Assembly (NCBI GenBank): GCA_964624315.1
Contig: CAZUWJ010000002.1
Location: 1-60,296 of the forward strand
Direction of reading: 5' to 3'
Length of the DNA stretch: 60,296 nucleotides
Origin: an uncultured Gammaproteobacteria bacterium
Lineage (GTDB): Bacteria; Patescibacteriota; Patescibacteriia; Magasanikbacterales; GWA2-37-8
Of the stretch, positions 17,730 to 26,500 are shown piece after piece. Position 1 is the stretch's first letter. Each line of letters starts with the position of its first letter. The notes under the pieces were generated by a model that ran no database searches, was not told the origin of the DNA, and saw only the letters and a list, made by a program, of their open reading frames with translations. The position numbers and the translations under genes are program-made.

Positions 17730-17945
17730 AAAGTAAGCTAATATGCTCATATTTTAGCATATTTTAGGGAAAATTTCAAAGAATACTAAGGTAAGCCAAC
17801 AATTGGTAAACTAACTATTATTTTATTGTTTATGATGATTTTACTATATTTATTGCGAGGGTGGTGTGTAGGGTTAAGGTGAGGGTGGTTATACTAAATA
17901 AATAAAACTCTATTTAATCTTTAATTATTCTTAATTTATAAACGT

Positions 17946-18287
17946 ATGAAGAAAAAAATAAGTCACTTCTGTATCCATGTAAAGGATATGAGTAAAACAG
18001 TAGAATTTTATAATAAAAAATTGGGATTTGAGCTAGAATATCAAACAGATGAATGGTCTGAGCTCAAACTAAACGACAAGGTAAGCTTGGCTTTAAAATG
18101 CACCCTTGACCCAGTGCCTGGAATTGGTTTTCCAGTTGATAACTGTGAAGAAGCAACAAAATTACTTGAAGAAAATAATGTGGCGATAACAAATCGATGT
18201 GACAAAAGGAATAAAGACGGTGTTATCCTCACGCAATTTAAAGATCCAGATGGTAATGTATTATGGATGTCAGAAAAAATTAAATAA
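17946..18287 (+). CDS. glyoxalase/VOC family protein
   Basis: 113 aa with HFCIHVKDMSKTVEFYNKKLGF and a C-terminal FKDPDGN. Confidence 0.75.
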   Translation: MKKKISHFCIHVKDMSKTVEFYNKKLGFELEYQTDEWSELKLNDKVSLALKCTLDPVPGIGFPVDNCEEATKLLEENNVAITNRCDKRNKDGVILTQFKDPDGNVLWMSEKIK

Positions 18288-18515
18288 AAAGATTGAAAAC
18301 TCAATTTGGCAGAAAAAAAGACCTTAAAGATATTCAACTTATTCAAAAATACAATAACGATCAGAAATAAACATTATATAATACAAAATATAAAAAACAA
18401 AATAAACTCTTATTCTAGCCAAATTTTACACTACACACCTTGACAAACAAGCATAGACTATGTAAAATACCTAAACTTATGATATAATACAAGCAATAAA
18501 ATAAATACCAATTTT

Positions 18516-18857
18516 ATGCGTCTAAATAGATACATATACAATTTATCTAATCTAGCGAGAAAAATGGGCTATAAATTCAACGAAGCCAATGATAAGCTTG
18601 TGATCAAAATGAAAAAAGAAATTGATACAATTGGCAGTGTAGAATTTAAAATTGAACAATATCCAGATGGATCTTGGACTGCTGAATCTACAAATGTTGA
18701 TGGCATTATTACAGGTGGTACTAGCACTCAAAATATTTCTTCTAGTATAAAAGATGCTGTTTTTACTTATTTTGAAATTCCTTCTTACCTCTGCAGTGAT
18801 ACACTTTTACGAGGAAACAACGAGCCTGTCACAATAAAACAAAACGTTTATGCCTAG
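18516..18857 (+). CDS. hicB: HicB-like (UPF0150) antitoxin
   Basis: The pattern EQYPDGSWTAESTNVDGIITGGTS...IKDAVFTYFE fits the HicB N-domain. The start may be an internal Met (e.g. 18609). Overlaps the next ORF by 8 nt. Confidence 0.5.
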   Translation: MRLNRYIYNLSNLARKMGYKFNEANDKLVIKMKKEIDTIGSVEFKIEQYPDGSWTAESTNVDGIITGGTSTQNISSSIKDAVFTYFEIPSYLCSDTLLRGNNEPVTIKQNVYA

Positions 18858-19089
18858 TAGAAGCTTTTCTGATATTACACAATCTCAATGGATTAAGGCA
18901 TGTCACAAGCTAGACCTAGTTGTAGAATCAAAACATGGCAAAGGAAGCCATGTTTTAGTTAAACATCCAAAAACTGAACACAAGTACACTATTCAAAAAA
19001 GTCTTCACAAATTTATCAACATGAAAATCTTCAAAAAAATGCTAGAATGGAGTTTTGAAGAGGAACAAATTTGGGATGCACTAAATTAA
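18850..19089 (+). CDS. hicA: HicA-like mRNA interferase toxin
   Basis: 79 aa with the KGSHVLVKHP....TIQKS motif typical of HicA/YcfA. Confidence 0.55.
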   Translation: MPSRSFSDITQSQWIKACHKLDLVVESKHGKGSHVLVKHPKTEHKYTIQKSLHKFINMKIFKKMLEWSFEEEQIWDALN

Positions 19090-19160
19090 ATTTATTGAGA
19101 TAATTGGTGATTGTCGAATTTGCCCCCCGATTGAACGAACGACAAAAAACAAAATAACCT

Positions 19161-19712
19161 ATGATAATAGTAATCGCCGGGCCATCTGGCTCTGGCAAAA
19201 CAACTCTCGCAAAAAAAATTGCAAAACAACTAAAAATACCAGTCATTCATAAAGACGACATCAAAGAAACTTTGTACGACGTGCTAGGTTGTGATAATTT
19301 AAAAACATCAAGAGATTATGACGAGGCTAGTTATAAAATATTTTATAATTTTGCCAAAGAACAAATATCAAATGGTAATGACATAATCCTAGAAAGTAAT
19401 TTTAAACCACAATTTGACGAAAAAATATTTAAAAAATTTAAAGAAACATACAACATTAATAGTATACAAATCAGATGTATAACTAATTTAGATATCGCGG
19501 TTGAAAGATTTAAAAAAAGAATACTTATAGATAGACACCCTGGACACAACGACCATCTATTAACAGACACCAATTTAAGAAAAGGCATGGAGGACGAATC
19601 ATTGCCACTTGAAATTAATTGCCCTATAATAGAAGTCAATACTAATGACTTTACAACGATTAACTATAAAGAAATTTTTGATAAAATTAAAAAATATGTC
19701 AAAATAGTTTAA
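19161..19712 (+). CDS. P-loop NTPase / AAA_33-type kinase
   Basis: 183 aa with Walker A at the N-terminus (IVIAGPSGSGKTTLAKK). Confidence 0.65.
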   Translation: MIIVIAGPSGSGKTTLAKKIAKQLKIPVIHKDDIKETLYDVLGCDNLKTSRDYDEASYKIFYNFAKEQISNGNDIILESNFKPQFDEKIFKKFKETYNINSIQIRCITNLDIAVERFKKRILIDRHPGHNDHLLTDTNLRKGMEDESLPLEINCPIIEVNTNDFTTINYKEIFDKIKKYVKIV

Positions 19713-19750
19713 CCCCAAATTACAAAAAGAGATAAGAAAAATTAATAATA

Positions 19751-19776
19751 AAATACCGGTAATTACCGGTATTTTA
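19751..19776 (+). terminator. intrinsic terminator
   Basis: AAATACCGGT-AATT-ACCGGTATTT followed by a T-rich tail. Confidence 0.65.
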
Positions 19777-19800
19777 TTTATAAATCTCTAACTTGTTGAT

Positions 19801-19829
19801 TTGCCTAAAACTACAGCAATTGTTATACT
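19801..19829 (+). promoter_or_regulatory. sigma70-like promoter of the small membrane-peptide gene
   Basis: TTGCCT (19801-19806), 17-nt spacer, TATACT (19824-19829). Confidence 0.55.
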
Positions 19830-19854
19830 AAAGTAATAAAAAACTCGACAATCT

Positions 19855-20088
19855 AACACAAGATAATATTAGAGGGAAGAAAGTAAGGAGGCTCCAGTGA
19901 AGATATTAAACGATTTTATATCAACTGCAACACAGATGATAAACGACCTTATTTCAATTAGCTACTTAGTTGAAGCTTTGATTGGAATAGCAATCGCCAT
20001 GGCTTTTATAGGAGTAATCTGGGGGAAAATACGTAAAAAAATGAAAACATAATTTACCTCTTCCCTCCCTCTAATATTATCTTGTGTT
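19855..20088 (+). repeat. 23-nt perfect inverted repeat enclosing a small ORF
   Basis: AACACAAGATAATATTAGAGGGA (19855-19877) is the exact reverse complement of 20066-20088. Confidence 0.9.
19897..20052 (+). CDS. 51-aa single-TM peptide (type I toxin-like candidate)
   Basis: GTG start 5 nt after AAGGAGG (19885-19891). Product: VKILNDFISTATQMINDLISISYLVEALIGIAIAMAFIGVIWGKIRKKMKT. Below the ORF-track size cutoff. Confidence 0.5.
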   Translation: MKILNDFISTATQMINDLISISYLVEALIGIAIAMAFIGVIWGKIRKKMKT

Positions 20089-20102
20089 TAAAAAATTAAA
20101 AT

Positions 20103-20453
20103 ATGAATGAACTTTACAAAAAACCACAACCTAAACACGATTGGGCAAAAGTAGAGTGGCCATCTGTAGATCATAATGATAATAACGGACAGTTAAACTG
20201 GACTGATCAGATGTTTGGCGTTATCGATGCTGTGCACCAAAATAAATCAGAAGAGGTTCTCCCCCACATACCTGAAAAATTATTAAGGGCAATGATTTTT
20301 AATTATGCTCATGAAATTGATGGTGATTGGGTAGTAGGGCACGGAGATGCTTTTATCAAAGAATTTGGACGTAGAGGAATCCCTAAAGCAGAATTGATTT
20401 CAATTTTACCTGATTATATCCAAGAAGAATTTATTGAAAAATACGAAAACTAA
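20103..20453 (+). CDS. hypothetical protein
   Basis: 116-aa ORF with no recognisable motif. Confidence 0.5.
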   Translation: MNELYKKPQPKHDWAKVEWPSVDHNDNNGQLNWTDQMFGVIDAVHQNKSEEVLPHIPEKLLRAMIFNYAHEIDGDWVVGHGDAFIKEFGRRGIPKAELISILPDYIQEEFIEKYEN

Positions 20454-20515
20454 ATAAAAATATATCAAACTAAAAACCTTACGAATATTTTATTAAACAA
20501 TCTAAAAATAAACTT

Positions 20516-20830
20516 ATGGCTACCATAGAATTCCTTAGACAATTTCGCATCGGTGGATATGCTATTTTTGATTTCGTGGCTTCGTTTGTGGTTATATATT
20601 TATTAGCCCCGCTACTCTCCAAACTTTTTTTAAAAATAAAATTACAAATACCCAAAAAAAGTTGGGTATTCTTAACTTTACCAATTGGTATTTTAACTCA
20701 CCTATTAGTCGGTAGCATTACTCCTATGACTAAAAACTTTATAGATTTAAATGGTCACTATATTTTAAAATTAGTAATGTTAGCACTTATAATTTTTGGT
20801 ATAAAAGATATAAGGGTAGTTAAAAAATAA
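20516..20830 (+). CDS. hypothetical membrane protein
   Basis: 104 aa with 3 predicted hydrophobic helices. Confidence 0.5.
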   Translation: MATIEFLRQFRIGGYAIFDFVASFVVIYLLAPLLSKLFLKIKLQIPKKSWVFLTLPIGILTHLLVGSITPMTKNFIDLNGHYILKLVMLALIIFGIKDIRVVKK

Positions 20831-20831
20831 C

Positions 20832-22079
20832 ATGAATAAAAATTATAACTTAGCCGTAATAGGCGGAGGCCCGGCTGGAATGATGGCTGGTGGACACGCT
20901 GGAGAACTCGGTTCTCAGGTTGTTTTGTTAGAAAAAAATTCTCGTCTAGGTTTAAAATTACTCATTACTGGTAAAGGCAGGTGTAATATTACTAATGCAG
21001 AGGACGATTTAAAAAAACTAATCCAAGTTTATGGATCAAACGGAAACTTTTTACATTCTGCTTTTAATAAATTTAATAACATTGATACCATAGATTTTTT
21101 TGAATCTCATGGACTGCCAACAAAAGTAGAGCGTGGTAACAGAGTCTTCCCTGTCTCTGATCATTCAGCCGATGTTTTAGGAATATTAAAAAAATATTTA
21201 AATAAAAACAAAGTTGAGATACGATTAAATAGTCCAGTCAAAAAGATAATGCTAAATAAAAATAAAATAGAAAAAATTATATTAGAAAATAATGAAGAAA
21301 TTGTAGCTGATAATTATTTAATCTCAACTGGGGGGAAATCATATCCTACCACTGGCTCAACTGGGGATGCTTATAAATGGTTAGAAAAAATGGGTCACAC
21401 TATCGTCAGCCCTCAGCCTGCTTTGACCCCCATACTAACGAAAGAAAAATTAGTTAAAAAATTAGAAGGGCTAAGTTTAAAAAATGTAGAAATAAGTTTG
21501 TGGAACACAAAAAAACTAGCTTCCTATTTTGGTGAAGCCTTATTTACTGGGAACGGTCTAAGCGGACCAATAGTATTAAACCTAAGTAAAAATATTTTAA
21601 AATACAAACAGAATGGTTTAAAAATAAAAATAGATTTTAAACCAGCGCTAGACTACCCTACTCTAGATAAAAGGATACAAAAAGATTTTGAAGAACAAAA
21701 AAACAAACAATTTAAAAATAGTTTAGATAAATTATTACCAAAAAAACTTATTCCAGTTATAATAGGCTTGTCAGGTATCAAAGAAAATAAAAAAATAAAC
21801 GAAATTACAAAAGAAGAAAGAAAAAAATTAATAAAACTTTTAAAAGAATTTGAATTAACTTTTTTAGAATTAGAAGGTTGGAATAAAGCCATCATAACTA
21901 CAGGCGGAGTAAGCACAAAGGAGATTGATCCTAAAACTTGTAAATCAAAAATAATAAACAACCTATACCTTGCCGGAGAGATTCTAGACATTGACGGACC
22001 AACTGGCGGATATAATCTGCAGATAGCCTGGAGCACAGGTTATCTAGTGGGAGAAGCAATAAAAGAAACTACAGTTTAA
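20832..22079 (+). CDS. HI0933/BaiN-type NAD(P)/FAD-dependent oxidoreductase
   Basis: 415 aa with VIGGGPAGMMAG and LLITGKGRCNITN signatures. Confidence 0.8.
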   Translation: MNKNYNLAVIGGGPAGMMAGGHAGELGSQVVLLEKNSRLGLKLLITGKGRCNITNAEDDLKKLIQVYGSNGNFLHSAFNKFNNIDTIDFFESHGLPTKVERGNRVFPVSDHSADVLGILKKYLNKNKVEIRLNSPVKKIMLNKNKIEKIILENNEEIVADNYLISTGGKSYPTTGSTGDAYKWLEKMGHTIVSPQPALTPILTKEKLVKKLEGLSLKNVEISLWNTKKLASYFGEALFTGNGLSGPIVLNLSKNILKYKQNGLKIKIDFKPALDYPTLDKRIQKDFEEQKNKQFKNSLDKLLPKKLIPVIIGLSGIKENKKINEITKEERKKLIKLLKEFELTFLELEGWNKAIITTGGVSTKEIDPKTCKSKIINNLYLAGEILDIDGPTGGYNLQIAWSTGYLVGEAIKETTV

Positions 22080-22094
22080 ACTGTAGTTTCTTTT
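22061..22094. terminator. hairpin terminator built from two AAACTnnAGTTT palindromes
   Basis: AAAAGAAACTACAGTTT/AAACTGTAGTTTCTTTT. 27 of 28 nt are shared with 40257-40284. Confidence 0.6.
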
Positions 22095-22134
22095 ATCCTA
22101 ATATATTAATAAAATAATCTCGCTTTTAGCGAGA

Positions 22135-22632
22135 TTATTTTATTTTTTGTTCATTTAAATATTTTTGCCCAGCGCATATCGCCACCGCCACCGCGTCCGC
22201 TGCATCATCTTGTTTTAATTTATCTTTTAAACCAAGCATCATCGCTGATAAAATCTGAACTTGAGTTTTGTCTGCCCGACCATTGCCGGCGATTTGTTGT
22301 TTTATTTGCAAAGGAGTAAATTCAAAAATCTCTAATTTATTCTTTTGGGCAGAACATAATATCACTCCCCTGGCCTCGGCTACTTTGATAGCTGTTTTAA
22401 CATTTTTAGAAAAAAATAAATCTTCTACTCCAACCGCAATTGGTTTATATTTTGTTATGATGCTTTGTAGGTCATTACTAATTTCAAGCAAGCGTTCCGA
22501 CATTGTCTGGTCTTTGCTCGTCTGGACACAACCATAACCAAGTAATTTCCACTCACCCTTTACGTGCTTAATAACACCATAACCCATTCGGTCATATCCA
22601 GGATCAATCCCTAAAATTGTATCTTCGGGCAT
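22135..22632 (-). CDS. ruvC: crossover junction endodeoxyribonuclease RuvC
   Basis: 165 aa with an ILGIDPGYDRMGYGVI start and a C-terminal DAADAVAVAIC. Confidence 0.9.
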   Translation of the reverse strand: MPEDTILGIDPGYDRMGYGVIKHVKGEWKLLGYGCVQTSKDQTMSERLLEISNDLQSIITKYKPIAVGVEDLFFSKNVKTAIKVAEARGVILCSAQKNKLEIFEFTPLQIKQQIAGNGRADKTQVQILSAMMLGLKDKLKQDDAADAVAVAICAGQKYLNEQKIK

Positions 22633-22659
22633 AAAAGTTTAATTTTAAATTATTACTCC

Positions 22660-23391
22660 CTAATCTGCATTTGTAAAATAATCTTCTACGTCATCGTTAT
22701 CTTCTAACTTATCAAAAAGTTTAGATATTTTTTCTCGCGTCATATCATCAACAGGCACCTTGTCTTTTGCTTCCCACACCAAACCAGAATCTTCTATATC
22801 CAAATTCATTTCTTTTAATTTTTCTAAAATATTTTTTAAATCTTCTAATTTTGTTTGTATTATTATTTCATCATCACCAAAATCAATATCATCAGCCCCG
22901 ACCTCAATCATTTCTAATTCAAAATCATCTTTATCCATCTCCTTATTTTCTAAATCTGATTTTAAAATAACTGCCTGCCCCTTTCTCTCAAACATCCATT
23001 GGACGCTACCAGTACTACTCAGGGAACCGCCTGCCTTGGAAAATATACTCTTTACCGCTGGCAGAGTTCTGTTTTTATTATCAGTCAAAATAGTCACTAA
23101 AATTGCCACACCACTTGGCCCATAACCTTCGTAAATAGCCTCCTCAATCTGTTGACCTTTTAATTCTCCTGACCCAGACTTAACAGCCCTTTCAATATTA
23201 TCTTTTGGCATGCTGGCTTTTTTAGCTTTTTCTATTGCTAGACGTAGGGCAAAGTTGGTGTCTAAATCTCCTCCTCCACTACGAGCAGTTACCATAATAG
23301 CCTTTGATAATTTAGAAAAAAGGTTACTACGAGCCACGTCAGCTTTGCCTTTTTTATTTTTGATTGTACTCCATTTTGAATGTCCTGACAT
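22660..23391 (-). CDS. yebC: YebC/PmpR family DNA-binding transcriptional regulator
   Basis: 243 aa with an MSGHSKWSTIKNKKGKADVARS start. Confidence 0.9.
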   Translation of the reverse strand: MSGHSKWSTIKNKKGKADVARSNLFSKLSKAIMVTARSGGGDLDTNFALRLAIEKAKKASMPKDNIERAVKSGSGELKGQQIEEAIYEGYGPSGVAILVTILTDNKNRTLPAVKSIFSKAGGSLSSTGSVQWMFERKGQAVILKSDLENKEMDKDDFELEMIEVGADDIDFGDDEIIIQTKLEDLKNILEKLKEMNLDIEDSGLVWEAKDKVPVDDMTREKISKLFDKLEDNDDVEDYFTNAD

Positions 23392-23473
23392 ATTTGTTTA
23401 AATTAAATATAGTTATAACTTAACATTTTAAAGGATTTTAATCAACCAACAAAGCATTAATACCTCTTAAATC

Positions 23474-23515
23474 AAAACACCTCATCTGTTGATTAACAGA
23501 TGAGGTGTTTTTTTA
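23474..23515. terminator. intrinsic terminator downstream of rpoC
   Basis: ACACCTCATCTGTT-GATT-AACAGATGAGGTGT flanked by A- and T-runs. Confidence 0.8.
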
Positions 23516-23519
23516 ATTC

Positions 23520-26500
23520 TTATTGTTTAAAGCCTGTACCAGCCGGAATCAAACGACCTATAATCACATTTTCTTTTAAACCTTCCAAATAATCAACTTT
23601 ACCAGTAATAGCAGTATTGATAAGTACTTTTGCGGTTTCTTGAAAAGAAGCAGAGCTCAAGAAACTTTGAGTACTCAAAGAAACTTTTGTAATACCCAAT
23701 AAAAGCTCTCTGGCAGCGGCTACTTTACCACCTTCTTTTTTAACCATACGATTTGAATATACAAATTGAGCTTTTTCAACTATTTCTCCTGGTAACAAAT
23801 CTGTGTCACCCGAATCTTCTATATATACACGACTAAACATTTGACGAACAATAAGCTCAACATGTTTGTCATTCACTTTTTGTCCTTGAGAAGAATAGAT
23901 ATGCTGTACTTCTTCTATAATATATCTTTGAACTTCATCCTTATCAGTTAATTCATATAACTGTTGTAAATTAATACTACCATTAGTTATTCTTTGTCCT
24001 TTTTCTACAGTATCACCATCTTTAACATACAACTTATAACCAAGTGGAATAATATATTCTCTAACTTTTGGTCCTTTGTAAGTCAAAATTATAGTCCTCT
24101 TATCTATTTTTACCTCACTATCATAACTAACTTTTACTTCTTCACCTGATGCGCCACGAACTATTAATACTTTATCTTTTGATATTTTATCACCATCAGC
24201 CACCAACACTTCATCTTCTTTGGTAAATTTAATTTTCTTTTCATCCATGCCTTCAAAATGAAGTTTAGCAATTTTTTGACCACGCTTTCCTTCAAAAATC
24301 TTTTTACCACTTGGAGAAGTTATTATCTTACCATCAGCGTCTTCTAATTCTACCCTACCATCAACTTCAGCCAAGACTGCTTGATGTTTTGGGTTTCTAA
24401 CTTCAAACAATTCTTCAACACGAGGCAAACCTTGGGTAATATCTCCACCAGCAACACCACCAGTATGGAAAGTACGAAGAGTCAACTGCGTACCAGGCTC
24501 ACCAATGGATTGAGCGGCAATAACACCAACAGATGCACCTAGTTCGGCTGGTTTGTTGTGAGATAAATCAAAGCCATAACATTTTCGGCAAACACCTTTT
24601 GGTAATTTACAACGAGAAATTGTTCTCACCATAATATTATCAATAGCATTTTCATCTATCAAACGAGCAGCTTTATCATCCACGATTTCGCCTGCTTTTA
24701 CTATTACTTTGCGACCAGCTTTAACATTTTCCATTACATATCTACCCCAAACTCTGTCTGATAATTTTTCACCCATTACTTTTGATTGTTCTATGGTTAA
24801 AAGCTCACCTTCTACTGATCCACAATCATCTTCTAAAACCACTACGTCTTGAGCCACATCTACCAAACGACGAGTTAGATAACCAGCACCAGCTGTACGC
24901 AAAGCAGTATCAGACAAACCTTTTCTAGTACCATGAGAAGAAATAAAAAATTCTAAAGTATCAAATCCTTCTTTAAAGTTTCCTTTTACTGGCAATTCAA
25001 TAATATCTCCAGAAGGTGATACTACCAAACCTTTCATACCAATAACCTGACCAAGCTGTCCCCAGCTACCACGAGCACCAGAATCAATCATAGCAAATAC
25101 TGGTCCGTCTTGACTTAAGATTCCTTTGCTGTTAGCAACCACCGCTTCTTTTGAAGTTGTCCAAATATCTAATACTTTTGCTTTTCTTTCTGAGTCAGTT
25201 AACAAACCTTCTTGATATTGTTCTTCGATAACTAAAACTTTCTTATCACTTTCTGCTAAGATTTTCTTTTTCTCTACAATCAAAGGAAAATCTTTCATGC
25301 CTAAAGAGTAGCCAGACTTAGTCACATATTTATAACCAAGATTTTTTAACCTATCCAAAAAGGCAGCTGTTTCTTCTTGGTTGTAATGTTCCAAATATAG
25401 TCTAATAATATTAGCTAATTTTTTTACATTTATAATTTCATTAAAATACGGTAACTTTTCTTCAATAATACTATTAAAAATTATTCTACCTATTGAAGTA
25501 TCTATCATACCATCATGTTCAGGTGGAAACTTACTCAAATCAGTAAAACGTACTCTTACTTTTTCATGCAAAGTTACTAGCCTAGCTTTGTAAGCTAGCA
25601 AAGCATCTTTTTCACTATAATAATATTTTTTTACTTCTTTTTCTTCTTCTCCAATTTGATAACGAGTTAAATAATAAGCACCTAACGCAATATCCTGTTT
25701 TGGAGTAATAACCGGCTGACCAGTCGCTGGTTTTAATAAGTTCTTTTCAGCAGCCATCAAATTATCAGCTTCCCAACGAGCTTCAGCAGTCAAAGGCAAA
25801 TGCACAGCCATCTGATCCCCATCAAAATCAGCATTAAAAGCCGTACAAACTAAAGGATGCAATTGGATAGCTTTTCCTTCAGCTAATTTTGGATGAAAAG
25901 CTTGAATGCCCAAACGATGCAAAGTCGGAGCACGGTTCAATAACACGCGAGTTGTTTTGGTTAATTCTTCTAAAATATCCCAAACTTCATCATGCTCAGC
26001 GTCAACAAAACGACCAGCACTACGAACATTATGAGCTAGTTCTCTTTTAATAATTTCACTCATTACAAATGGTTTAAATAATTCCAAAGCCATTCTTTTT
26101 GGTAAACCACATTCATCTATATTCAGCTTAGGACCAACCACAATAACTGAACGACCAGAATAATCAACACGTTTACCAAGCAAATTCTGACGGAAACGAC
26201 CTTGTTTACCTTTTAAAATATCAGCCAAAGAACGAAGTTGTCTTTTTTGACCAGTAGCAGCCATAACTGTTTTGGAATGTCTGGCATTGTTATCAATCAA
26301 AGCATCAACTGCTTCTTGCAACATTCTTTTTTCATTACGACAAATTACTTCCGGAGCATCTAAATCCATTAATCTTTTTAAACGATTGTTACGGTTGATA
26401 ACTCTACGATATAAATCATTCAAATCAGAAGTAGCAAAACGACCACCATCCAAGGCCACCATCGGACGCAAATCTGGTGGTATAACTGGGATAGCTTTCA

